Translations under genes and position numbers: made by a program
NCBI GenBank assembly: GCA_965248925.1
Contig: CBDFLE010000006.1
Coordinates: 4,448,001 to 4,512,000, forward strand
Origin: Candidatus Multivoradales bacterium
Lineage (GTDB): Bacteria; Acidobacteriota; Thermoanaerobaculia; Multivoradales; J023
Direction of reading: 5' to 3'
Length of the DNA: 64,000 nucleotides
Shown here: piece after piece, positions 19,611-29,787 of the stretch
Position numbering within the stretch: the first letter of the stretch is position 1
Layout: each line of letters starts with the position of its first letter
The notes under the pieces: generated by a model
What the model was told of the DNA's origin: nothing
What the model saw: only the letters and a program-made list of their open reading frames with translations
The model's database searches: none

Positions 19611-20456
19611 ATGTTTTTTTCTCACCGCCGCCGCATTTTCCTGAACGCTGCTCTGACATTGGTGATGCTAGTGGCTTGGCGTTTGCTAGCCGCGCCTAAC
19701 TCGCCGAGCGAGCTGCAGCAGCGCCTGTTGGCCCATGCTGAGGCGATAGTGACGGTCAAATTTGTCCTGGTGATCGAGATGGATGGTGCTGCCGACAGCG
19801 AGATCGAAGGCGAGGTCAGCTGCTTGGTGATCGCCGCCGACGGCCTGGCGGTGTGCTCGAATTCCGAGCTCGGTGGTTTTGTACCGCTGGTTGGCCGTCT
19901 CATGGGTCGCGGTGGTTCTCTCTCGGCTCGGCCCACTAAACTCGAAGTGCTGCTCGCCGAATGGGGCGCGGGGCTGCCGGCCAAGGTGCTGTCGCGCGAC
20001 TCAGATCGTGATCTGCTGTGGCTACAGATCGAGCTTGGAGAGCACCTCCTGCCCTATCTCGACCTCGCTGATACGGTCGAGCTGAGCCTCGGCGAGACAT
20101 TCTTCACCGTTCGCCGTTTGGGCGCTTTTTTTGGCCGCCAGCTGCTGCTCAGCGAGGGTCGGGTGGGTGCCAAGGTCGAACAACCGCGGCAGCTGTGGGT
20201 GCCGGCGGTGCCCTTGAACGCAGGCTATGGCGTGCCAGTGTTCAATGCGGCCGGCAAGCTAGCTGGAATCACCGTCTTGCAGTTGCCCGACGCCGGTTCG
20301 GCGGGTGCTGGTCTGATGGAGGCCTACCCCGCGTTCCTCACCGGTTCGACCAAATTGCAGGACATGGCTAGCGGCTTGCTGCTGTCGGCCGCTGAGCTGG
20401 GGCGGGCGACCCGCCTGGTGCGTGAGTTGCAGGCGGCGGAGGAGGAGGAGGAGTAG
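19611..20456 (+). CDS. Trypsin-like fold protein lacking the catalytic Ser motif
   Basis: AKVLSRDSDRDLLWLQI and GYGVPVFNAAGKLAGI in place of GxSGGPL. Confidence 0.55.
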   Translation: MFFSHRRRIFLNAALTLVMLVAWRLLAAPNSPSELQQRLLAHAEAIVTVKFVLVIEMDGAADSEIEGEVSCLVIAADGLAVCSNSELGGFVPLVGRLMGRGGSLSARPTKLEVLLAEWGAGLPAKVLSRDSDRDLLWLQIELGEHLLPYLDLADTVELSLGETFFTVRRLGAFFGRQLLLSEGRVGAKVEQPRQLWVPAVPLNAGYGVPVFNAAGKLAGITVLQLPDAGSAGAGLMEAYPAFLTGSTKLQDMASGLLLSAAELGRATRLVRELQAAEEEEE

Positions 20457-20603
20457 CAGCGGCTACTTGCAACGGCTGCGTCAGCCCAGTCTATTTGTTA
20501 CCCACGGGAGTTGACTCAACCGGGCCTGGCTGGATATAGTCCGCCAAAATTACCTAATTTTCCGCGTTCGAGGACCAAATACATCCTGAAGGGGACCCTT
20601 TTC

Positions 20604-21734
20604 ATGGAAACTAACCGAGCTGTAAAGCTACTCGCGGTCGTAGGCTGTGGCCTGCTGCTAACCGTCCTTCCCGCCCTGGGCCAACCTGCTACCACTGCCT
20701 TGTCGGCCAGCCCGCCGGAGCAGGCCGGTGGTAACGGCGCCTTGTCCATCCTGGTCGACCAGACATCGAGCTGTGACACCAACGGCTCCACCAGCCAGTT
20801 CTTTCCAGATTTCGGGGGTGGCAGCGAGGCGGCTGACAATTTCACCGTTCCCCCCGGCACGGTGTGGAGCATCGAGAACGTCAATGCCAGCGGCTTCTAC
20901 TCCGCTGCTGGTGCCACCGGCATCGCCAACGTGAACTTCTTCGCCGCGGATGGCGCCGGTGGGCTGCCCGGAACCAATGTCTGCTCCTATCCCTCGCAAA
21001 CCATTACCAGTGGCGTTGGCAGTGGCAATCACGTCATCGACTTGCCTGCAGCCTGCGTGCTTCCCGCTGGCGATTACTGGTTCTCCTCGCAGGCGATCAT
21101 GTCTTTCGTCCCGGACGGTCAGTGGTTCTGGTTCAACAGCTTCGCCAACTTCGGCCCGGAATGGTCATTCCAGGACCCGCTCGACCTGTTCGGTACCGGT
21201 TGTCTTACTTGGGCGCCCCACACCATGTGCGTGGCGCCCAATCCGAACGGCACCACCGATCTCTGCTATTTGATGGCTGGCACGATTTCGGTTCCGGAAA
21301 CCGATCTCGAGATCACCAAGGACGGCGTGTTGGCCGGTTCGCAGATCATCTACACTCTGACCGCGACCAACAACGGTCCTGACGACGCCACCGGCGTCGT
21401 GGTCACCGATGCGCTGCCGGTCGAGGTGGCCTTCAGCAGCGACGACTGCGGTGGCATGGACGTGCCGCCCTGGACTTGGAACATTGGCAGCTTGCTCAAC
21501 GGTGCCTCGGCGACCTGCAACATCACCGTTGACGTGATCGCTGATGTGCCGTCGATCACCAACACCGCTTCGGTGTCTGGTAACGAGACCGATGGCACCA
21601 CCGCTAACAACGACGACTCGACCGACATCGAGTTGGCCGGACCGTTGGATATCCCAACTGCCGGGACCATCGGCTTGTTGGCCCTGCTGTTGGCTTTGGC
21701 CGGTGCCGGCGCGCTGATGCTGCGTCGCCGCTAA
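20604..21734 (+). CDS. Surface protein with DUF11 domain and IPTL-CTERM sorting signal
   Basis: Signal peptide; DLEITK...YTLTATNNGPDDATGVVVTDALP; C-terminal IPTAGTIGLLALLLALAGAGALMLRRR. Confidence 0.85.
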   Translation: METNRAVKLLAVVGCGLLLTVLPALGQPATTALSASPPEQAGGNGALSILVDQTSSCDTNGSTSQFFPDFGGGSEAADNFTVPPGTVWSIENVNASGFYSAAGATGIANVNFFAADGAGGLPGTNVCSYPSQTITSGVGSGNHVIDLPAACVLPAGDYWFSSQAIMSFVPDGQWFWFNSFANFGPEWSFQDPLDLFGTGCLTWAPHTMCVAPNPNGTTDLCYLMAGTISVPETDLEITKDGVLAGSQIIYTLTATNNGPDDATGVVVTDALPVEVAFSSDDCGGMDVPPWTWNIGSLLNGASATCNITVDVIADVPSITNTASVSGNETDGTTANNDDSTDIELAGPLDIPTAGTIGLLALLLALAGAGALMLRRR

Positions 21735-21750
21735 GCCTGGTTCTCAGCTA

Positions 21751-21822
21751 GCCACCGTGGTGCTGCAAACACCGCGGTGGCACGAAAAGGCCGGAATCCC
21801 GAGTTGGGAATCCGGCCTTTTT
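21751..21822. terminator. Two hairpins; the second is a bidirectional rho-independent terminator between convergent genes
   Basis: gccaccgtggtg/caccgcggtggc, then aaaaggccggaatccc-gagtt-gggaatccggcctttt(t). Confidence 0.8.
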
Positions 21823-21838
21823 GCCGTGCAGAAATGCC

Positions 21839-22849
21839 TCAGATCTCGATACAGACCTTGCCCAAGTGTTGCGCGCTGTCGAGGTAGCGGAAAGCGTTGA
21901 CCGCCTCGCTGAAAGAGAACACCCGATCGACCACCGGCTTCAATCGGTGCTGGTCGATGGCTCGGGTCATGGTCTCGAAGCTCTCTCGCGAGCCGACGAG
22001 AATGCCCTGCAGACGGACGTTCTGCATCACGATTGACAGCAGGTTGAGTTCACTGGAGACCCCTGAGAGCACGCCGATCAGGCTGAGTTCTCCGCCCGCC
22101 CGGACGGCTTTCAATGCCTGGCTCAAGGTGCCGCCGCCGCCCACCTCGACGACATGATCCACCCCCCGGCCGCCGGTGAGTTCCTTCACTGCTTTGCCCC
22201 ACTCGGGCTGCTGCTGGTAGTTGATCGTCCGCCAAGCGCCGAGCTGGCGGGCTCGTTCCAGCTTACTGTCGCTCGACGAGGTGATGATGGCGCGCGCGCC
22301 GAGCAGCTGTGAGAGTTGCAGGGCGAAAATCGACACCCCGCCAGTGCCCTCCAGCAACACCGTGTCCCCTGCCTGCACCGAGCCTTCGATGGCCAACGCG
22401 CTCCAGGCGGTAAGCGCGGCGCAGGGCAGAGTAGCGGCTTCGGCATCGCTCAAGTGGTCAGGCACTGGTGAGACGCCCGCCGCCGAGAGCACCATGAACT
22501 CGCACAGAGTGCCGCCGAGCGGGCCCCCCAGAGTGGCGCGCAGATCGGCGGCGGCCGCTCGGCCGGCCAACCAACCCTGGGAGAACAAGGTCGCTACCCG
22601 CTGGCCGACCTTAACTCGGCTGACCCCCTCGCCCACCTCCTCGACCGTGCCTACGCCGTCTGAACAGGGCACCAGCGGTAAGGGTTGGCGCGGGTTGTAG
22701 GCACCCTTGGCCATCAGTAAATCGCGATAATTGAGGCTCGCCGCCCGCATCCGCAGCAACACTTGGCCCGGACCCGGCTTTGGCGTGGGCACCTCGGCGA
22801 AGCGTAGGTTGTCGAGGCCGAACGAATCTTCTATCTGTAGGGCTTTCAT
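21839..22849 (-). CDS. NAD(P)-dependent zinc-type alcohol dehydrogenase-like oxidoreductase (MDR family)
   Basis: ASLNYRDL, PCSDGVG, LPCAALTAW, GTGGVS, GVDHVVEVGG, HLGKVCI. Confidence 0.9.
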   Translation of the reverse strand: MKALQIEDSFGLDNLRFAEVPTPKPGPGQVLLRMRAASLNYRDLLMAKGAYNPRQPLPLVPCSDGVGTVEEVGEGVSRVKVGQRVATLFSQGWLAGRAAAADLRATLGGPLGGTLCEFMVLSAAGVSPVPDHLSDAEAATLPCAALTAWSALAIEGSVQAGDTVLLEGTGGVSIFALQLSQLLGARAIITSSSDSKLERARQLGAWRTINYQQQPEWGKAVKELTGGRGVDHVVEVGGGGTLSQALKAVRAGGELSLIGVLSGVSSELNLLSIVMQNVRLQGILVGSRESFETMTRAIDQHRLKPVVDRVFSFSEAVNAFRYLDSAQHLGKVCIEI

Positions 22850-22884
22850 GGCCGAATCTTACCCGGCCTCGCGACGGCCGCGCC

Positions 22885-23306
22885 GAGTCCTCAATTGCTC
22901 GACCGCAGAGTCGACAACCACTGATCGCGCAAGGCCCCAACCCGTGGCGCCGGCGGCGCCAGAATCGGCAGCTGGCGATGCTTCTGTTTCAGGCGGTGGC
23001 GGCGCTGGCGAACCTCCTCGACGGCTTTGGTGGCCCTTGGCGCGCAACTCGCGGGCGCTGAGGTGGAAGACTTCGAGCAGCAGGCCGGCGCGATGGCGCA
23101 GATTGCCTCCGGGCTGTCGAGCTGGACGGCCCGAGCCAGGGTCAAGGTGGCGGCTTCGAGATCTCCTCGGTCGATCAGCACTGCACCGCGATGGATCGCC
23201 GCCAACCCGGCGTCAGGATCGAGTTTGGTGGCCAGCGTGAACTCGCGGTGGGCGTCCTGCGGTTTCTGCTGGCGGCGGCAGAACGGCGGAGCGACGAGGC
23301 TGGCAC
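22885..23306 (-). repeat. Copy C: 5'-truncated copy of the 3' part of the TPR chaperone gene at 39435-40064
   Basis: Encodes PQDAHREF.LATKLDP.AGLAAIH...DRGDLEAATLTLARA...GALRDQ; aligns with 33616-34037 and 39431-39828. Confidence 0.9.
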
Positions 23307-23396
23307 TGGAGCGGGCCAATCTGTGTCCGGTGCTTGCTCTTGACGCCCAGCGAACATAGGCTTCTTGTCGTAGCCAAGCTCAGGAGGACCGAGACG

Positions 23397-24017
23397 ATGG
23401 GTAAGACTCGAACAATCTACTCCGTGCATCCGGCGGTGACCCACGGCCAGCGCATTCTGGCCAATCTGCCGGCCAAGACCGGACGCTCTCTAGAGCAGTG
23501 GGTCGCACTGGTGAGCGCCGACGGCCCGGCCGAGGACCAGGATCGGCGGGCCTGGATGAAGAGCATGCACGGCATCGGCGGGGTCACCGCCAAGTTGGTG
23601 GTCGACCATGCCGCCGGGCGCTCCACCGACACCGACCCGGATGCCTATCTGGCCGCTGCCGAGAGCATGGTGACGGCGATGTACAGCGGTGCCAAGGAGG
23701 TTCTGAAACCGATCTACGAGCGCCTGATCGAGGTTTCCCTGAGGCTTGGCGACGAGCTGCGGATCTCTCCTTGTAAGACCATCGTGCCGCTCTATCGCAA
23801 CCACGTCTTTGCGGAGATCAAGCCCGCCACCCGCAGCCGGGTCGATTTCGGCCTGGCGCTCAAGGGCTGTGAACATGTGCTGCCCGATCGCTTGCTCCGC
23901 ACCGGCGGTTTGGAGCGTGGTGACCGCATTACCCATCGCTTCCCTCTCAGCCACCAGTGCGAAGTCGACGATCAGGTGGTGGACTGGATGAAGGTGGCCT
24001 TCGCACTCGACGCCTGA
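23397..24017 (+). CDS. DUF4287/DUF5655-like protein
   Basis: RBS AGGAGG; ANLPAKTGRSLEQW and SPCKTIVPLYRNHVFAEIKP...DRITHR. Confidence 0.7.
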   Translation: MGKTRTIYSVHPAVTHGQRILANLPAKTGRSLEQWVALVSADGPAEDQDRRAWMKSMHGIGGVTAKLVVDHAAGRSTDTDPDAYLAAAESMVTAMYSGAKEVLKPIYERLIEVSLRLGDELRISPCKTIVPLYRNHVFAEIKPATRSRVDFGLALKGCEHVLPDRLLRTGGLERGDRITHRFPLSHQCEVDDQVVDWMKVAFALDA

Positions 24018-24176
24018 GGATCTCCACATAAGTTGCCTGGCACCTCTTCGGTCGGCCATGCGCTACCACCAGGCCGGCGACGTGCTGCGGTCCAGGGCCG
24101 CACGGCTGGCTGGATAGGCCGTGCTGTGGCGTAGCTTTTTGGTCCGAGAATTACCGAAGTTGGGAGCCCCATGTCG

Positions 24177-24797
24177 TTAGTCCAGCTTGGTCATCACCCC
24201 GATCGGGATCCGATCATGGCCGAGACTAGACTCGTCATAGCGCAGCTCCAATACCCAGGTGCCAAGGCCGGGCCTCTCGATCCGTAACTCGTGGACCCCC
24301 AAGGGAATGTCTCGCGCGAATCCGCCCCATCCGTTGAGCTTGCCCACGAGCACGCCGTCCAGCAAGACTGCTGCGCCGCCGTATTCCCTAGAACTCACGA
24401 GCCACATGTGTACCAAATAGCGTTTCTCGCAAAGGTCGTATTTAAGGTGTGAGGACTTTTGGGTGAATCCACTCGTCCAAGATATCTGGTATGTCTGTAA
24501 TCGGTTACTGTTCATTTCCAAGATGACTATGGTGGCGCCCTTTTGAGCGACCAGTTTATGAGGATAGCTGTCGGGCCGGTGAAGAAGCATCTTTGGATAC
24601 TGCTGTATATGTTCTTCAACATCCGCCACTACCATCTGGCAACGCAAGCCGCTGACGAATACGTTCGATCTACCCCATGGCTTCACAGAACCAACGAAAG
24701 GCGGCGACAAGCAACCCAGCGCAAGAATCACAACAAGAGATGCAAGAAGGTTGCTTGAGACTGCGGCTAACCTTGGCATCATCGCACTCCTGGACAC
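24177..24797 (-). CDS. Candidate RHS immunity protein (exported/lipoprotein, C-terminal PEGA-like segment)
   Basis: Overlaps the RHS stop; visibly more AT-rich; hydrophobic N-terminus with LALGC; GAAVLLDGVLVG...IPLGVHELRIERPG. Confidence 0.55.
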   Translation of the reverse strand: MSRSAMMPRLAAVSSNLLASLVVILALGCLSPPFVGSVKPWGRSNVFVSGLRCQMVVADVEEHIQQYPKMLLHRPDSYPHKLVAQKGATIVILEMNSNRLQTYQISWTSGFTQKSSHLKYDLCEKRYLVHMWLVSSREYGGAAVLLDGVLVGKLNGWGGFARDIPLGVHELRIERPGLGTWVLELRYDESSLGHDRIPIGVMTKLD

Positions 24798-27700
24798 TTG
24801 GCTTTCCTGTTCCTGGATTGCCGCCCCTTATTGCCCCACCCAGGCGTTTGCCCTGACCCTACTACGTCAGGAGGCGTAAGGCCGCAGGTCTTGGCGATGG
24901 TGCTGGCGAAGGAGTTGCTGTTGGGTCCTCGAAGGAGCCGATAGCCGGATGGGTTTGGATAGTTCAGAAACTGTTGACCGACACACGGGTCTGTCATGCA
25001 ATCCTCGTCGCCACTCCAGGGTCCGCACTCTGTTCTGGTATCTCCGACACCTGCGGTGTCGAACCAGTCATTCTTGAATTTGCATCCCACACCCCGAACT
25101 TTCTGCAACCCATAGGTCGTGCTTTTGGATTTGCCCGAGGGCCCTCCAGTGTTTTGCTCTGTCTCGATGAAGCAGTGCTTGAAGGCTGCCAAGGATTGCC
25201 CTCGCGTGATCGGCGTGCAACAGACCCTTGATTTCTCGCCAGTCGGGTCGACGAATAAGAGAGGGTTCGCTGTGGCGTAGAGGTAAGGGTGGAAGTCACC
25301 TTGAGCACCTAGCGGGTCGGGTCGGCTATAGCTGCCGGTGCCAGATTGATACCACCGTAGAACGTTGAAGAAGGAAGGGCTACCCACATCCCAAGTTGCA
25401 TCCGCCCACTGCCCCGGCAAGCGCAGGAAAACGCCTGCGTCTCCGGCATTTGCGAAGTCACTGCCGAAGGGCTCGAATCCGCCGCTCCAGTTCGAGGCAC
25501 CGACAGTGCTAGAAGCTAGTACCGGTGTCCCGAGGTGGTCTGCCGTGAGGTGGGTCACGAGAGCCCCACCGGTTTGGGCTACCGGCTGCCCTTCGAAGTA
25601 GAGCACTACATTGGCCTCGGTGGCACCCACTCGCCGCTGCAGGACGCCATCGGCACTGTAGGTGGCCGATGTGGCCGTCTCGGCCATGCAGCTACTGGCT
25701 CCGGGATCACCCCTGGCGCTGATGTTGCCGCTTTCAAAGCCATCGCAGAAGAGAGCGTTGCCCGAAGTGTCGGGCTCGCGGCCGACTGCCTGGCGTAGGT
25801 AGCTGCGACCGTCGTAGAACATCGTCGAGCTGGCCTGTGCCGAAGGATGATCAATGGCCGACAGGCGGCCTGCATCATCGAATGTGTAGGTCACTGGGTT
25901 GCCGTTCTCGTCGATCCCGATTTGGTTGCCGGCTGCGTCGAAGGTGTAGACGCGACTGCCGCCTGCACCGAGTGCAATCTGGTCGAGTTTCGCGGTATTG
26001 CCGCTCGCGGCAGCGTTGGCGAGGTACTGGTAGATGTCGGTGGCGCCGTCCCGAGTCTCGCTGAGACGGTTGCCGATTTTGTCGTAGGCCCAGGCCAGAG
26101 CACCCCAAGGGCCGTCGCCCTGGGTGAGGAAGTATTGGTAGTCCTGGTAGGCGTAGGTGCGGTTGTTCAGCGAATCGAGCAGATCACCGATAGCGGTGAT
26201 GTTGCCGACCCCATCGGTGGTGTAGTCCCAGTCGAGCAAGGTGCCGCCAGGGCCAACCGCTGTGATGCTGGCGGGCTGATAAGCGGTTGTCGTGCTGGCG
26301 GTTTTCGGTGACACCATTGCCGCGTGTCAGCTGGCGCAGTGGGCCGATGGGTTGGTAGAGGGCTCCCGTGACGATCAATTGGACGCCCTGGCCTGGCACG
26401 TCGGCATCGAGGGTCTGGTGACGGTCAGCGTGATCGAAGGTGTAGATGGCTCGCACTCCACCAGGATACAGGATCTCACTCTTGTTGCCGTTGGCGTCGA
26501 AGGCGTAGGCCAGCTCGCCGTCTTGAGTCATGCGGCCGAAGCGATCGAATTGGTAGTCGATCGGCTGGCCATCACGTTCGATCTGGGTGAGTCGGCCGAG
26601 ACTGAAGGGCACCAGCGGGTCATCGTAGGTGTAGGTCACGTCGAGGGTGTCGTCGGGGTAGTCGACCAGGGTGACCCGATCCAGCTCATCGAGAGTGCGC
26701 AGGGTGGAGATGCTGCGTGCATCGGTCGTCTCTGTGCGTTCGCCGTGCTCGTTGTACAGATGGCTGGTCACGCCAGAGACCTCGGAGGTCTCGCGGGTCA
26801 GCAAATTTCGATCGCTGTGGACGTAGCTGGTGACCGTGCCCTCTGGGTCAGTGACCGTGTTCAGATGATCCTGAACGTCAAAGCCGTAGGCCGTTACGGC
26901 TTGGCCACCTGCTGCGCCGCCGAATGGCTGGCTGACGGTGATCAATCGGTCGAGTGGGTCATAGGCGTAGAGCGTACTGGCTGGCGCAGATGACCCGCCG
27001 ATGGATGGTTGGCGTCCCAGAGGCGTTCGATGTCACCATCGCAGTTGTAGGCGTACTCGGTGATCGCCTGCTCGGGGCTGCCCGCGCCTTCGATCATCTG
27101 GTCGAGATGACAGCGGGTCGAGTACAGGTAATCGGTAGTCGACGCACTCGTCCAGCTCGCGCCGTCCCAGCTTTGTAGCTCTTCGCGAACCCGGTGACCG
27201 AAGCTATCGAGGGTGTAGAAGGTGCGCTCGATGTGGCTGCCGGGCAGGTCATCGGGCTTGCGTTCGATCGAGGCAAGTCGGCCTGCGGAATCGTAGGAAT
27301 ATTCGAGCACGTTGCCGCGCGGAAGGACGGTTTGGAAGAGATCGCCAAAGACCGTGTAGCGCTGCTCAGTGATCAGGTCTTCGGCCAGTTCCGTGCCTTT
27401 CTGGATGCTGAACAGAACACGATTGAGCGGGTCGTACTGCGTTTCGCTGGCTACCCCGTTGGGGTCGGTGACTGAAGTTCGGCGGTTGAAAGGGTCATAG
27501 CCGAACAGAGTGCTGCCGATCAGTGGATCGGTGCGACTGGCCAGCACCAGGCCGCCACGGGCAGCGTCCCAGGCGCTGGTGGTGACATCGGCGGTGCCAT
27601 AGCCGGGTGGATCGCGATCTTCTGGCTGGCCCTCGGCGGTGTAAGTAGTCGTGGTGGTGTAGCTGAAGGCTTGGCCGTCTTCTACCCCTTCGTCGATGCG

Positions 27701-29184
27701 GTCGGTGGCGTTGCCTTGGCCACTGAGGGTGAAGGTTGTACGGCGGAAATCTAGAGGGTTGCCGGTGGTCGAGGGGCGCTCGATCTCGGTGATCAGGGCC
27801 GGGTAGGTGAGATCTCGCTGCCAAGTGGTCTCGCGCTCCTCCGCCGTGCCCAGCGCTTCGACACGGGAGATTGCTTGGCCGTTGGCGTCGTAGGTGGTGA
27901 GCGTCGTGGTGCCGCCGCCGTCGATCTGGCGAGTGGGGCGCAGGGGGTGGGCCGGATCTTCATAGAACAGCCGGCTGTTGGGGCCGGTGCCGCAGCTCGG
28001 GCAAGAGCCTTCGAGCTGCTCCAGACGAGGCTTGCGGCTCTCGGAGTCGCGGCCCAAGGTGTAGGTGGAGATCTCGCCCATTGGATCGGTGACCGTGGTG
28101 ACCATGGGCAGCTGGGGATCGTCGAAGCTCATCGACCAGCGATCGACGGCGCCGGCGTCGTTGAAGTTAGCGGCGCCTTTCCACATTTGCACAACATTGC
28201 CGAAGGGATCATAGGCCCAGGCGCCCGCGATCCGCTCGCTAGCGTCTGTACCCGCCAGGCTCATTCGGGTCATGTAACCCGGCAAGGTTGGGTCATCGTA
28301 GAGGAAGACCCAGGCGGTGCCGTCGGGTCGGTCGATGCGGGTGAGGTCTTGGCCGGTGTAGGTGTAGCCCCAAGTGCGGCTGGTGGTGCTGTCGATGCCG
28401 ACTTCTGTAATCGAGTCCAGCTTGCCGCCTGCCGAGTAGGTGAAGGTCTCCGAGCGGCCATCGGGGAAGCTGACGGCGGTCAGCCGGCCAGTGCCGTCGC
28501 GGGTGGCGGTCTTGGCGTTGCCGTTGCGGTCGGTGGTCGAGGACCATAGGCCGGTGTTGTCGAATTGCATCAGGGTGCCGTCTAGATCGAGCAGGGTCCA
28601 GCCGGTCGGGGTCTTGGTCAGGGTGCGGTACTCATCGCTGGGAATGGTGCGGTCGTAGCCCCCGTCCATGTTTAGGTCGGTAAAGCGGCGGAAGGTGGCA
28701 TAGCGAGCGAGCAGCCAGACGTTGCTTTCATCGGGGTCGCGAGCGATTCTTTCGGTGTACTCGTGGGCCCAATAGCGCCCCAGCTCGGCGGTGATGCCGG
28801 CCGAGCCGGGATAGCTCGGGTGGCCGACCCCGCCCGCGTGGTAGCGCAGCAAGGCACCGGGGCCGCTCTGCGGCGGCGAGGCGCCGCCGCCTCCACCACC
28901 GGCGCTGCCGCCTATTCCGCTGCCACCACCGACGCACGAGGGGCACGATTCATCTTCCGGGCAGCCGCTGGGCGGGGGTGGGGGTGGGCAGAGGGGCGAC
29001 AGGCTGAAGTCGACGACGCGGGTCGTTTCTTTCGGGCAATGGGGGCACAAGAAGCCGACGCAGGGGCAGGCGGTGGCGGTGAGTAAGTGAGGACGCCGCT
29101 GCAGGCGGTGCCGGCTTGGGCGGGGTGGGTAGTGGCAACGATGAGGGCGATAGCGATGTTCACGATCGGTCTTCTGAGCTGCAT
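24779..29184 (-). pseudogene. RHS/YD-repeat polymorphic toxin with Sec signal, split by three frameshifts
   Basis: RBS AAGGAG and signal peptide at 29184; YD repeats; core end LRLPGQW...YSRPDPLG...YLYATANPLLFVDPTG; frame changes near 29085, 26995 and 26281. Confidence 0.85.
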
Positions 29185-29787
29185 CTAGATATTCTCCTTA
29201 GCTGGTTTGGCTCCACTGTCGGGTTTTTAGCTCGCTTCCATTCTCAGTTTCTGTGCCTTTCTATGCTCTTGGCGTTCTTCGCCAGGCTCGCTGGTGGATG
29301 ACGGCGTTAGCTCTTCGGTTCACGGTCAGGGAACGATCCGGTGCTAGAAACTTCCCTAGAGAATACATGAAATAAAGAGATTCTTCGTTTTAACGCGGTT
29401 ATTCTCTGACCTATATCACGGTTAGTTGACTTCAATATCCCCCTCGCGGTTTGGCGGTCGACGGTGTCTGACCAGGGCCAGCAGGTGGTTTCGCACCGAG
29501 TGTCTGAACAGCGGCTGGCTGACTCCGGCAGTGCCGTAGGCTGAGGTCACGATCCCCCTTCCAACAAGTCCGGGAGGATCGCCTAACACCCTGCTGTCAG
29601 CGTCGCTACGCTGGCGGCCAGCACCTCATGGAGCGCTGGACGCTCCGGTGGGGGAAGGAGTACCCGATGAGTGCACCTAGAACAGAGATCACGCCCGTCG
29701 TAGGCTGGCAGCCACAGTTCGGCCCGCTTTATCTCCCTGGCGGCGCGCCGAGGTTCGGTCCGATCTATCTTCCAAACGGATAGCACC

